Shown: positions 18,501-28,716 of the stretch, piece by piece | Position numbering within the stretch: position 1 is the stretch's first letter | Layout of the letters: the number at the start of each line of letters is the position of its first letter | Origin: an uncultured Clostridia bacterium | GTDB lineage: Bacteria; Bacillota; Clostridia; TANB77; CAG-508 | Direction: 5' to 3' | Assembly (NCBI GenBank): GCA_947632035.1 | Contig: CANRNR010000002.1 | Location: 1 to 64,000, forward strand | Length of the DNA stretch: 64,000 nucleotides | Made by a program: the position numbers and the translations under genes | Notes under the pieces: model-generated | Told to the model about the DNA's origin: nothing | The model's input: the letters and a program-made list of their open reading frames with translations, nothing else | Databases searched by the model: none

Positions 18501-18689
18501 ATGAAAGTTATAGATAAAATAGCACTTGCATTAGTTATAATTGGTGCAATCAACTGGGGATTAATAGGAATATTTAATTTTAATTTAGTAGATACAATTT
18601 TTGGTGTTATGTCAGTAATAAGTAGAATTATATACATCCTAGTTGGTATATCAGGATTATGGGCAATAAAGATTTTATTTGATAAATAG
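18501..18689 (+). CDS. DUF378 family small membrane protein
   Basis: MKVIDKIALALVIIGAINWGLIGIFNFNLVD... typical DUF378; AAAGGAGG RBS before ATG 18501. Confidence 0.7.
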   Translation: MKVIDKIALALVIIGAINWGLIGIFNFNLVDTIFGVMSVISRIIYILVGISGLWAIKILFDK

Positions 18690-18720
18690 GATTTTTTAAA
18701 TTTATAATTAATAGTTAAAT

Positions 18721-18834
18721 AAAAAAATATCATAATTTTTGCACCTTGTTGTCGCGTCGCAATCGTTACGATTGCTCGCTCCATACGCGCTTCGCTTGAA
18801 CGCTACGCGGTGCTACAAATTATGATATTTTTTT
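18721..18834. repeat. GC-rich MITE-like element: ~26-bp terminal inverted repeats flanking a 63-bp GC-rich core with internal hairpin
   Basis: Left arm AAAAAAATATCATAATTTTTGCACC; right arm GGTGCTACAAATTATGATATTTTTTT (near-perfect reverse complement). Core contains GCAATCG-TTAC-CGATTGC hairpin. GC content far above local background. Confidence 0.6.
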
Positions 18835-18878
18835 ATAGAATATAAAATTAGAAATTCATTACTACTATATAGTAGACT

Positions 18879-18946
18879 GCTCCAAGCGCACTTCACTTCG
18901 TTACGTTTGAACGCTGCGCGGTGCTTGCAAACTATAATGTTTTTTC
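18879..18946. repeat. partial second copy (right half) of the GC-rich element
   Basis: CTTCGTTACGTTTGAACGCTGCGCGGTGCTTGCAAACTATAATGTTTTTTC aligns with CTTCGCTTGAACGCTACGCGGTGCTACAAATTATGATATTTTTTT of the first copy. Confidence 0.55.
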
Positions 18947-19088
18947 TTTATGTAAAATATAAATTGTAAATTAATTACGCTATATATTAGATTGCTACAA
19001 ATTTTAATTTATAGCATATAAACGATTGAAAAATAAGTAAATTTACTATATAATATCAAACATAAGTAAATAAAGGAGGAGAAAATAA

Positions 19089-20669
19089 ATGTTAACTGCT
19101 ACAGGAGTTACAGTTCGTTTTGGTAAAAGAACTTTATTTGAAGATGTTAATATTAAATTTAATAAAGGTTGTTGCTATGGAATTATTGGAGCAAACGGTT
19201 CTGGAAAATCAACTTTTTTGAAAGTTTTATCTGGCGAAATTGAGCCTAGTAAAGGTGAAGTTTCAAAAGAAAAGACAGAAAGAATATCAGTATTAAAACA
19301 AGACCACTTTGCATTTGAAGAATATACAGTAATGGATACTGTTATTATGGGTAATGGTGAGCTTTATCAAATTATGAAAGAAAAAGATGCAATATATAGT
19401 AAACCTGATTTTTCAGAAGAAGATGGTATGAGAGCTGCAAAGTTAGAAGAAAGATTTAGCGAGTTAGATGGATGGAATGCTGAAACTGATGGTGCAGTTT
19501 TATTAAATGATTTAGGAATAGAGCCAGAAAAACATTATATGCAAATGAAGGATTTAGAGGCAAAAGATAAAGTAAAAGTATTACTTGCACAAGCTTTATT
19601 TGGAAATCCTGATATTTTATTATTGGACGAGCCTACAAACGACTTAGATTTAAAAAGTATTAGCTGGTTGGAAGAATTTTTAATAAATTTCGAGAATACA
19701 GTTATTGTAGTATCACATGATAGATATTTTTTAAATAAAGTATGTACACATATTGCAGATGTGGATTTTGGAAAGATTAAAGTATACCCAGGAAATTATG
19801 ATTTCTGGTATGAATCAAGTCAGCTTGCATTAAAACAAATGAAAGAAGCAAATAAAAAGAAAGAAGAAAAAATTAAAGAATTACAAGACTTTATTGCAAG
19901 ATTTAGTGCAAATGCTTCAAAATCAAAGCAAGCAACATCAAGAAAGAAATCACTTGAAAAAATTGAATTAGATGAAATAAAGCCATCTAATAGAAAATAT
20001 CCATACATAGATTTTAAGCCAGATAGAGAGCCTGGAAAAGAAATATTACATGTAAAAAATATTTCAAAAACAATAAATGGAGAAAAACTATTAAATAATG
20101 TTTCATTTACAGTAAAACAAAATGATAAAATAGCATTTTTAGCAGATAATGAGAATGCAAAAACAGTTTTATTCCAGATAATAGCAGGAGAAATGGAGCC
20201 AGATGAGGGCGAGCTTGTATGGGGAACTACAATTACTCAAAATTATTTTCCAAAAGATAATAATTATTTATTTGATACGGACCTTTCAATTACAGATTGG
20301 CTAAGACAATATTCAAAAGACCCTGATGAAACTTATGTAAGAAGCTTTTTAGGAAGAATGTTATTTTCAGGAGAAGAAGCTTTAAAGAAAGTAAATGTTC
20401 TATCAGGTGGAGAAAAAGTAAGATGTGTATTTTCAAAAATGATGCTTTCAGGTGCAAATTTCTTAATTTTTGATGAGCCTACAAACCATTTAGATATGGA
20501 ATCAATTACTGCATTAAATGAAGGAATGAAGAAGTTTAAAGGAAATATGTTATTTACTTCACATGACCACCAACTTATGCAAACAGTTGCAAACAGAATA
20601 ATAGATTTAAAGCCAGATGGAATTGTTGATAGAGAAGTAACTTATAATGAATATTTGGGTGTAGAATAA
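19089..20669 (+). CDS. ABC-F family ATPase (tandem ABC domains, no TMD)
   Basis: Two complete NBDs (GANGSGKST...LLLDEPTNDLD and LSGGEKVRC...FDEPTNHLD) joined by a charged linker (KKKEEKIKELQDFIARF). Confidence 0.85.
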   Translation: MLTATGVTVRFGKRTLFEDVNIKFNKGCCYGIIGANGSGKSTFLKVLSGEIEPSKGEVSKEKTERISVLKQDHFAFEEYTVMDTVIMGNGELYQIMKEKDAIYSKPDFSEEDGMRAAKLEERFSELDGWNAETDGAVLLNDLGIEPEKHYMQMKDLEAKDKVKVLLAQALFGNPDILLLDEPTNDLDLKSISWLEEFLINFENTVIVVSHDRYFLNKVCTHIADVDFGKIKVYPGNYDFWYESSQLALKQMKEANKKKEEKIKELQDFIARFSANASKSKQATSRKKSLEKIELDEIKPSNRKYPYIDFKPDREPGKEILHVKNISKTINGEKLLNNVSFTVKQNDKIAFLADNENAKTVLFQIIAGEMEPDEGELVWGTTITQNYFPKDNNYLFDTDLSITDWLRQYSKDPDETYVRSFLGRMLFSGEEALKKVNVLSGGEKVRCVFSKMMLSGANFLIFDEPTNHLDMESITALNEGMKKFKGNMLFTSHDHQLMQTVANRIIDLKPDGIVDREVTYNEYLGVE

Positions 20670-20782
20670 ATATATTTAATTTTAAAATAGGTTTAGAAAT
20701 AAACCTATTTTTGAAGAAATTAAGCAGTAAACAATAGTAGTTATTAAAATTAATTTATGTAAAGGAAGAAGAGGTAAAATTA

Positions 20783-22975
20783 TGGAAGTACAAGAAAAGA
20801 TTGCAAATCGAATAGCAGAAGAATTAAACATAAAATTGTTACAGGTAACTAAAACTATACAATTAATTGATGAAGGAAATACTATTCCATTTATCGCACG
20901 TTATAGAAAAGAAGTAACTCGGTGGACTTTCAGATGAAGTGTTAAGAGATTTCGGAGAAAAACTAACTTATCTTCGCAATTTAGAAGCAAGAAAAGATGA
21001 GGTAAGAACTTCTATTGAAAATCAAGGTAAATTAACAGAAGAAATAGTAATAGCATTAGAAAATGCGAAAACTTTATCTGAAGTTGAAGATATATATAGA
21101 CCATATAAACAGAAAAAGAAAACAAGAGCTACAATAGCAAAGGCAAAGGGGTTAGAGCCATTAGCAGAAATTATATTAGAGCAAAAAGAAACAAAACCGA
21201 TAGAAGAAATAGCACTACAATATGTAACTAAACCAGAAGAAATAGACGAGAATACACCAAAAGAGAAAATAGTAGAAAGTGTAGAAGATGCAATTCAAGG
21301 AGCAAAAGATATTATTGCTGAAATGATTTCTGATAACCCTGAATATAGAAAACAAATAAAAAGAAGATGTTATAGAGATGGATTTATTGTAACTAAAGCA
21401 ATAAATCCAGAAGAAAAGACAGCATATAATATGTATTATGAATTTAATGAAAAAGTAAATAGAATACCAAGCCATAGAATATTAGCAATAAATCGTGGAG
21501 AAAAAGAAGAAGCTTTAAAAGTAAAGTTAGATAAAAATGAAGAAGATATTTTAAGTTACATAAAACAAGATACAATTAAAGGAAAAACACAATTTACTGA
21601 AATTTTAGAAGACACTATTTTAGATAGTTGGCAAAGATTAATAGAGCCATCTATTGATAGAGAAATTCGTTCAGATTTAACAGAAAAGGCAGATGCACAA
21701 GCTATAAAAGTTTTTGGAAAAAATGCAAAACCATTGTTATTAGCAGCACCACTTAAGGGATATACTGTTATGGGATTTGACCCAGCATATAGAACAGGTT
21801 GTAAAATTGCAGTTATTGACGAAACAGGAAAGCTTTTAGCAACAACTACTGTATATCCAACAGAGCCACAAAATGATGTAGAAGGAGCAAAAAAGGAGCT
21901 AATAAATTTAATAAAGAAATACAAAGTAGGTGTTATTGCTATTGGAAATGGTACAGCATCTCGTGAATCTGAAAGTTTTGTATCAAATATGATAAAAGAA
22001 ATAGACGAAGATGTGCATTATGCAATAGTAAGTGAGGCTGGAGCTTCTGTATATTCTGCATCTAAGCTTGCAACAGAAGAATATCCAGATATAAATGTAT
22101 CTTTAAGAGGAGCAATTTCAATTGCAAGAAGGCTTCAAGATCCACTAGCTGAGCTTGTAAAAATAGATCCAAAAGCAATTGGTGTAGGGCAATATCAACA
22201 TGATGTAGACCAGAAAAAGTTAACAGAAAGTCTAACAGGAGTTGTTGAAGATGCAGTAAATGAAGTTGGAGTTGACGTAAATACTGCAACACCATCACTT
22301 TTATCTTATGTTTCTGGAATAAATAAAACAATTGCTAACAATATTGTAAAATATAGAGATGAAAATGGAAAATTAAAAGAGAGAAAAGAGCTTTTAAAAG
22401 TAGATAAATTAGGAAAAGTTGCTTATGAGCAATGTGCAGGATTTATAAGAATACCTGGTGGAAAAAATCCGCTTGAAAATACAGCAGTTCACCCAGAAAG
22501 TTATGAAATTGCAGAAAACTTACTTAAAAAAATAGGTTACAAAAAAGAGGATTTATTAGATAAAGCAAAGCTAAAAGAAATAAAAACTAATTTGGCAAGC
22601 ATAAAAATTCCAGAGACAGCACAAGAATTATCAGTAGGTGAAATGACTTTAAAAGATATAATAGATGAGTTATCAAAACCTGGTAGGGACCCAAGAGATG
22701 AAATGCCAAAACAAATTTTAAGAGCAGATGTATTAAAATTTGAAGATTTAATAGAAGGTATGACATTAACTGGAACAGTTAGAAATGTAACAGATTTTGG
22801 TGCTTTTGTAGATATCGGTGTAAAGCATGATGGCTTAGTTCATATTTCAAATTTAAGCAATAGCTTTGTAAAAAATCCAGCAGATGTTGTTTCAGTAGGT
22901 GATATCGTTAAGGTTAAAGTAATTGGAATTGATAACGAAAGGCAAAAAGTTCAGCTTTCTATGAAGGATGCATAA
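20783..22975 (+). pseudogene. tex: transcription accessory protein Tex (YqgF/HhH/S1 domains), N-terminal +1 frameshift
   Basis: ATG 20783 encodes MEVQEKIANRIAEELNIKLLQV...IPFIARYRKEVT, then the frame breaks. Deleting one C at ~20918 (ACT-C-GGTGGACTT) restores TGGLSDEVLRDFGEKLTYLRNLEARK and runs through to the C-terminal S1 domain (GTVRNVTDFGAFVDIG). Confidence 0.85.
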
Positions 22976-23305
22976 TTTATAAAAAAATATTAATAAAAAT
23001 TTAAATGAAAATAATAAAGTTAAAATATATAATAAAAAACTTTTTACATAAATATTCAAAAAAGTATTTACATAATTTTAAATGTATGCTAAAATGTAAA
23101 AAGTTTTTTAATATCTGAAGCAGGAGAGATTATTTACAAAAAATAGTTTCTCCTTTAGTCGTGCAAAAAATAATTATTATGATAAGGAGGTGCAATTTTT
23201 TAAAGGTATTTAAATTATTATATTTATAATATGTGTTTAGTTTTGTCTCTTTGAAAATATAATAATATAAATTATTGAAAAATTATCAATAAGGAGTAAT
23301 GAAAA

Positions 23306-25387
23306 ATGGAAAGTGATGAATTTCAAAAAGAAAAACATAACTTAGAAGAGATACTAAAAAAATACAAAGATATTATGGAATATTATGATTTAAGATTAGA
23401 TGCTATCCCGAGAATTTATAAAGATAATCCCATAATGATGGAAAATTCCTTTAAAATGTACGTAGGAAAATTAAGAATAATGCAAAAGAATGTAAACAAA
23501 CCATACTTTGCAAGAATAGATTTTGCAAGAGATGGAGAGGAAAAAACTGAAAAATTGTATATTGGAAAAGTAGGAGTAATAGATGAAGAAAATAACAACA
23601 TTACAATAGATTGGAGAGCTCCGATATCTTCAATGTACTATGATAGCAATTTAGGAAGAGCATCATATGAAGCTCCTGAGGGAGTATGTAAAGGAGAGTT
23701 ATTACTAAAAAGACAATATGACATAGAAGATGGTATACTAAAAAGTTTTCAAGATGTTGATACTGTATCAAATGATGAATTGCTGAAACCATATTTAAAT
23801 GCAAGTGCGGATAATAGATTAAAAAATATAGTTTCTACAATACAGCAAGAGCAAAATGAAATTATAAGAGAGCCAATCAATAAAAATATAATTATACAAG
23901 GTGTTGCAGGAAGCGGAAAAACAACAGTTGCACTACATAGAATAGCATATCTAGTATATAATAATAGAGATACTATAAAGCCAAATCAATACTTAGTTAT
24001 AGGTCCTAATAAATTCTTTGTTAATTATATTTCTGGGGTACTACCAGATTTAGATGTTGAAAATGTAAATCAGTTAACATATGAAGAATTGTGTGCAGAA
24101 TGTTTAAATGAGAATATCAAGTTAATTGATGAAGATAAAAAGTTAATTACATCTATTTCAAATGAAAAATTATTAAATTATGAAAAATTTAAAGTTTCAA
24201 TGAGATTTAAAGAAGCTATAGATAAATTCATATTAGAATTAGATAAAAACATAATTCCAGAAAAAGATATAGAAATAAAAGATTATATAGTTATACCAGA
24301 GCAAATAATAAAAAACATATATAATTCAATACAAAATTCAAATATATATGAAACAATAAAGAGCAAGTTGGATAGAACAAACATAGAATTATGTAAATAC
24401 GTAGAAGAAAATTATGATGACATAATGGAAAAAGAAGTAAAAAGTATATGTAAAACAAGCTTGAAAAAATATTTTGATAAATTAATTCCAAACGTGATAA
24501 ATACATATATAAAATTTCTTACAAATTTAAAAAGATATATAAATTTTGAACAGTTTGAAAACATAGAGCAAAAAGTGCAAAACAATATAAAAAACATAAA
24601 ACAAAGAAAAGTAGAGTTTGAAGATTTAAGTGCTTTAATTTATTTAAAATGTAAACTATTAGGAATAGAAGAGTATAGAGAATATAGGCAAGTTGCAATA
24701 GATGAAGCACAAGATTTCGGAGACTTTAATTTTTTTGCTTTAAAAACATTACTGAAAAATGCAACTTTTAGTATATTCGGCGATTTAGCACAATCAATTT
24801 ATCAATATAGAGGAATAGATAATTGGAATGAAGTAAAAGATATAAGTTTTAATGATAAATGTGAAATTAAATATCTTTTGAAAAGCTACAGAACAACAAC
24901 AGAAATAATGAATTCTGCAAATAACATAACTAATTACATAAATTTAAATACTGCTAAACCAGTAATAAGGCATGGAAATTTAGTAAAATATATTAGCTAT
25001 AATAATGAAGATGACCAAATTAGTAATATTGAAAATATATTAGAAAAATATAAAGAGAATGGTTATAAAACAATAGCTGTAATATGCAAAGATGAAAATG
25101 AAGCAGTCAACATAAACAAAAAGTTGCATGATAAAAATATCATAGTGAATAACATAACAAATTCAGATACTCAATATAATGGTGGAGTATGTACAATAAC
25201 TAGTTATTTGGCTAAGGGGTTAGAATTTGATGGCGTTGTTATAGCAAATGCTTCGGAAGAGAAGTATAATTCAGATAAAGACATAGATATGAAATTATTA
25301 TATGTTGCTATGACAAGACCTTTGCATGAATTAAATGTACTATATAAAGACAAAATTGTTAAACCATTAGAGGTTGAGATAAAATGA
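23306..25387 (+). CDS. helD: HelD-like UvrD-family DNA helicase (helicase IV-type)
   Basis: HelD N-terminal domain (YIGKVGVIDEENNNITIDWRAPISSMYY), Walker A GVAGSGKTTVALHRIAYL, UvrD-type motifs (DEAQDF, YRTT). Confidence 0.7.
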   Translation: MESDEFQKEKHNLEEILKKYKDIMEYYDLRLDAIPRIYKDNPIMMENSFKMYVGKLRIMQKNVNKPYFARIDFARDGEEKTEKLYIGKVGVIDEENNNITIDWRAPISSMYYDSNLGRASYEAPEGVCKGELLLKRQYDIEDGILKSFQDVDTVSNDELLKPYLNASADNRLKNIVSTIQQEQNEIIREPINKNIIIQGVAGSGKTTVALHRIAYLVYNNRDTIKPNQYLVIGPNKFFVNYISGVLPDLDVENVNQLTYEELCAECLNENIKLIDEDKKLITSISNEKLLNYEKFKVSMRFKEAIDKFILELDKNIIPEKDIEIKDYIVIPEQIIKNIYNSIQNSNIYETIKSKLDRTNIELCKYVEENYDDIMEKEVKSICKTSLKKYFDKLIPNVINTYIKFLTNLKRYINFEQFENIEQKVQNNIKNIKQRKVEFEDLSALIYLKCKLLGIEEYREYRQVAIDEAQDFGDFNFFALKTLLKNATFSIFGDLAQSIYQYRGIDNWNEVKDISFNDKCEIKYLLKSYRTTTEIMNSANNITNYINLNTAKPVIRHGNLVKYISYNNEDDQISNIENILEKYKENGYKTIAVICKDENEAVNINKKLHDKNIIVNNITNSDTQYNGGVCTITSYLAKGLEFDGVVIANASEEKYNSDKDIDMKLLYVAMTRPLHELNVLYKDKIVKPLEVEIK

Positions 25388-25497
25388 TATTAACATAAAT
25401 AACCACTTTAAAAATAGCAATAACATTGAATAATTGAGAAAAATGTGGTATACTTATAGAAGTAGGATATAACTTCTATGTAAGAAAGGATGTAGGC

Positions 25498-25701
25498 ATG
25501 ATGTGGGAGGCTATAGTAATAATTTTGATAGTTTGTTTGGTATTCTGGAAAATCATACGGGCGATATGCAAGCCGATTTTTGATTATGTTTACGGGAGCC
25601 TAGTAAAACTTCTAACCGGAACAGGAATGTCTGAACAGGCTGCAAAAGCATTGATATCAGTAGTATTCATAGTACTTATACTGTGTATCATTTGCAATTA
25701 G
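25498..25701 (+). CDS. small hydrophobic protein (2 TM), hypothetical
   Basis: 67-aa ORF followed by strong terminator; function unknown. Confidence 0.4.
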   Translation: MMWEAIVIILIVCLVFWKIIRAICKPIFDYVYGSLVKLLTGTGMSEQAAKALISVVFIVLILCIICN

Positions 25702-25708
25702 CATATCC

Positions 25709-25745
25709 TTAAAGGAAAGCACTTAATAATGCTTTCCTTTTTCAT
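25709..25745 (+). terminator. rho-independent terminator
   Basis: AAAGGAAAGCACTTAATAATGCTTTCCTTTTT. Confidence 0.7.
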
Positions 25746-25749
25746 TTGA

Positions 25750-25786
25750 AAAAAGGTACTCTAATAATAGAGTACCTTTTATTTAT
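25750..25786 (-). terminator. rho-independent terminator for minus-strand HD-GYP gene
   Basis: AAAAAAGGTACTCTAATAATAGAGTACCTTTT palindrome. Confidence 0.65.
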
Positions 25787-25797
25787 TACAATAATAA

Positions 25798-26850
25798 TTA
25801 TTTATACTTCTCTTGGATGCTTTGAATTTCATCATAATGGTTATTCAAAATATCTAAAAATACTTTTGCAAGTTCTGGGTCAAATTGTGTTCCAGAGCAT
25901 CTTTCAAACTCAGCTTTTACAACATCTATAGGAAGGCTATCCCTATATGTTCTTTTAGATGTCATTGCATCAAAAGTGTCAGCAATAGCTGCAATACGAG
26001 CAAAATAAGGAATATCATTTCCTTTTAATTTACTAGGATAACCAGTTCCGTCAAATTTCTCATGGTGATGTTTAACTATAGGAATAATATCTTTAAATGC
26101 TTCTGCATTACATAAAATATGTGCACCAATTGATGGGTGATTTTTAATTTGAGAATATTCATCATCTGTTAGTTTAGATTCTTTTAATAAAATACTATCT
26201 GGAATACCTATTTTTCCAATATCATGGAAAAGACCACCAACTTTTAAAGTTTTTAAATCCTCTTCAGGAAGGCCTAAGTGTTTACCTAATAAAACTGAAT
26301 ATTCTGAAACTCTATCAGAATGACCTTTAGTATATGGATCTTTAGCTTCAACAGTATATCTTAAAGTTTCAATGCTATCTAAATAAGCTTTTTCTAATTT
26401 TTCCAATGTATCTGAAAGCTCATCATTTATTCTTTTAATTTCATTCATTTGGGCAATTGATTTTATTCCAGATTCAATAAGTAATAAAAGTTGGTCGAAT
26501 TTGTCACTTTTTTCACAATAGCCCTGAATATCTAATTTTCTGATTGTTTCAAGAGGTGGAGCTAAATCTTTATGACCAGTTAATAGTAAAATATATAACT
26601 CTTTATTAAATTTCCTAATTTCTTCTACAACCTTATCTCCATGAATTGGTGTCATAATAAAGTCTAATATCATTAAATCAAAATGTTCATTTTTTACTTT
26701 TTCAATTGCTTCCATTGGGTCTGTTACACCTGTAAGGTCGTAGCCAGAACGCTTTAAGAAAACTGATAAAGAATCAACAATTCCTTCCTCATCATCTACT
26801 GCAATGATTTTATAGCCTGTATTATTTGCTGATTGCATATTTTTTCTCAT
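25798..26850 (-). CDS. response regulator with HD-GYP c-di-GMP phosphodiesterase domain
   Basis: REC domain (IIAVDDEEG...LILD...TGHKD), then HD-GYP: HDIGKIGIPD...HHHEKFDGTGYP. AAGGAGA RBS upstream. Confidence 0.85.
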   Translation of the reverse strand: MRKNMQSANNTGYKIIAVDDEEGIVDSLSVFLKRSGYDLTGVTDPMEAIEKVKNEHFDLMILDFIMTPIHGDKVVEEIRKFNKELYILLLTGHKDLAPPLETIRKLDIQGYCEKSDKFDQLLLLIESGIKSIAQMNEIKRINDELSDTLEKLEKAYLDSIETLRYTVEAKDPYTKGHSDRVSEYSVLLGKHLGLPEEDLKTLKVGGLFHDIGKIGIPDSILLKESKLTDDEYSQIKNHPSIGAHILCNAEAFKDIIPIVKHHHEKFDGTGYPSKLKGNDIPYFARIAAIADTFDAMTSKRTYRDSLPIDVVKAEFERCSGTQFDPELAKVFLDILNNHYDEIQSIQEKYK

Positions 26851-27039
26851 AGGCCATGTCTCCTTTTTTTAATATAAATCCTTTTAAATTGCTTTGCTTA
26901 TTATATTTACTAAAAAGTAGATTTACACGTATACAAAGCTACTTTATTTATTTTTTCTTAAGTTCATTTGCATTATAACATAAGTAGACAAAATATACAA
27001 ATTTTTTCAAAAATTTTTTGGTTCTGATTTTATATGTTT

Positions 27040-28134
27040 TCATAATACTTGTTTTAAAATCTTTATTAAGTTTTCATAATCTTTAGGAATTCTTATTCTT
27101 GCATACCTACTATCTAAATTTATAAAATTATTAGCATTTTCAGCAATTACTCCTTGTTTCATTAGTTCTTTTGTTAAATTTTCATACTTATTAGTTTTTA
27201 TAGTAAATATTGGCGTTTCAATGCTAGTATATAAATAATTATCTTTATTTAATATTTCAAATATTTTCTGATTTGCCTGAATTACTTTATCTTTTAAGTT
27301 TTTCATTTCTTCATAATTTTGTAAAATGTTTATAAAAATATTGCAAGATAAATCTGAAAAAGGGAATGGTATTGTAATTATATCATATACTTTTATAAAA
27401 TTTTCATTGGATACTATATATCCAATTCTATGATTTGGTAATCCAAAAAATTTTGATGCACTTCGTAATACTGCAATATTATCATATTTATTTATTAATG
27501 TTATTGCAGAATTTTCTAAACTCATATAGTCTCCATATGCTTCGTCTATTATAACTGTTATATTGTACTTTTGAGCTTTAATTACGATTTTTTCAATATC
27601 ACTTATACTAATTATTTGACCTGTTGGATTATTTGGATTATCTATATATATTACATTATATTTACTTTCTATCTTTTCTAAAAACTCACTTACTATAAAT
27701 TTATAATTATTTTTTTCTTGCAGACTATAATATTCGTAAATTCCTTTTTTTAATTCTACCTCTGAAATGAATCTTGGAAATTGTGGAGAACATCCTAATA
27801 CAAATGTATTTTCATTAATTAAAAATTGACTAAGATTTCTTAAAATTCCCATGATTCCTGCACCAAAAGATATATTTGTTTTGTTTAAATTACTAATGTT
27901 AGAATACTTTTTCCAGAAGTGGATTAGTTCTTCTTTTAATTTTTCATACGAATTTATGGGATATTCGTTAATGACACAACTTCCTCTTTCTACATATTTT
28001 TTTATAATATTTTCACTTAAAAATGGATTTGTTCCCAGAGAACAATCTATAAATTTGGATTTTGTTTCCAATATTATACCTTCATTTTCCATATAATCTC
28101 TTACTCTAAATTGTTTATAAAAATTATCTATCAT
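27040..28134 (-). CDS. class I/II PLP-dependent aminotransferase, HisC (histidinol-phosphate/aromatic aminotransferase) family
   Basis: IYIDNPNNPTGQ, PLP-lysine region SASKFFGLPNHRIGY. Preceded by a T-box leader. Confidence 0.65.
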   Translation of the reverse strand: MIDNFYKQFRVRDYMENEGIILETKSKFIDCSLGTNPFLSENIIKKYVERGSCVINEYPINSYEKLKEELIHFWKKYSNISNLNKTNISFGAGIMGILRNLSQFLINENTFVLGCSPQFPRFISEVELKKGIYEYYSLQEKNNYKFIVSEFLEKIESKYNVIYIDNPNNPTGQIISISDIEKIVIKAQKYNITVIIDEAYGDYMSLENSAITLINKYDNIAVLRSASKFFGLPNHRIGYIVSNENFIKVYDIITIPFPFSDLSCNIFINILQNYEEMKNLKDKVIQANQKIFEILNKDNYLYTSIETPIFTIKTNKYENLTKELMKQGVIAENANNFINLDSRYARIRIPKDYENLIKILKQVL

Positions 28135-28139
28135 ATTTT

Positions 28140-28520
28140 TTCCTCACTTTTCTTATTAAATTTTATAATAAAAGTTTCACCAATATTTTTCCATTTTCTT
28201 TATATGTGTTTTTATTTTTTTATACATAAAAAAACTCCTATCCTCAAAAATTTAAGGACAAGAGTTAAAATACCCCTGCGGTACCACCTTAATTAGCTTA
28301 AAGCTCACTTATTATTCATATACTATCATATATGCCCAATTTTTACGATTTGGGTTATCGTCAACGCCTACTCTTATTTTACATAATTTCTGGTTGCCCT
28401 CATCAGTCCATTCAGTAAAACTCCTTGCGTAGTATTTCCACCATCAACTACTCTCTATAGCCTTTTATTAAACTTACTACTCTGAATCAACGGTTTAATT
28501 ATTTGATTTATACTATAATT
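28140..28520 (-). promoter_or_regulatory. T-box riboswitch leader
   Basis: Minus-strand reading contains the canonical T-box sequence GCTAATTAAGGTGGTACCGCAGGGG (plus coords 28274-28298) ~140 nt upstream of the aminotransferase start. The upstream region is less AT-rich with no ORF and an AGAGAG/GTAGTA stem-I-like segment. A possible UAC (Tyr) specifier is in ...AAAUACUACGCAAGG.... Confidence 0.7.
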
Positions 28521-28716
28521 ATATGATTTAAAATATATAATATATAATATCATTTTTTATTTATAACGTCAATATTTTAATGGATTATGTTTTGTTGTAT
28601 TGGATTTTTCAAATAGACATTGACATGTTTACATAAAACGATTATAATATTGTATAATAATTTGGTGTTATAAAAAGGAAATATTTTATGCTTTTTATTT
28701 TATAGAAGGAGTATTT

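Noticed and set aside
27851-28296. Plus-strand ORFs 27851-28096 and 28111-28296
   Set aside because: The first is antisense to the aminotransferase CDS. The second overlaps the T-box leader and terminator on the opposite strand.
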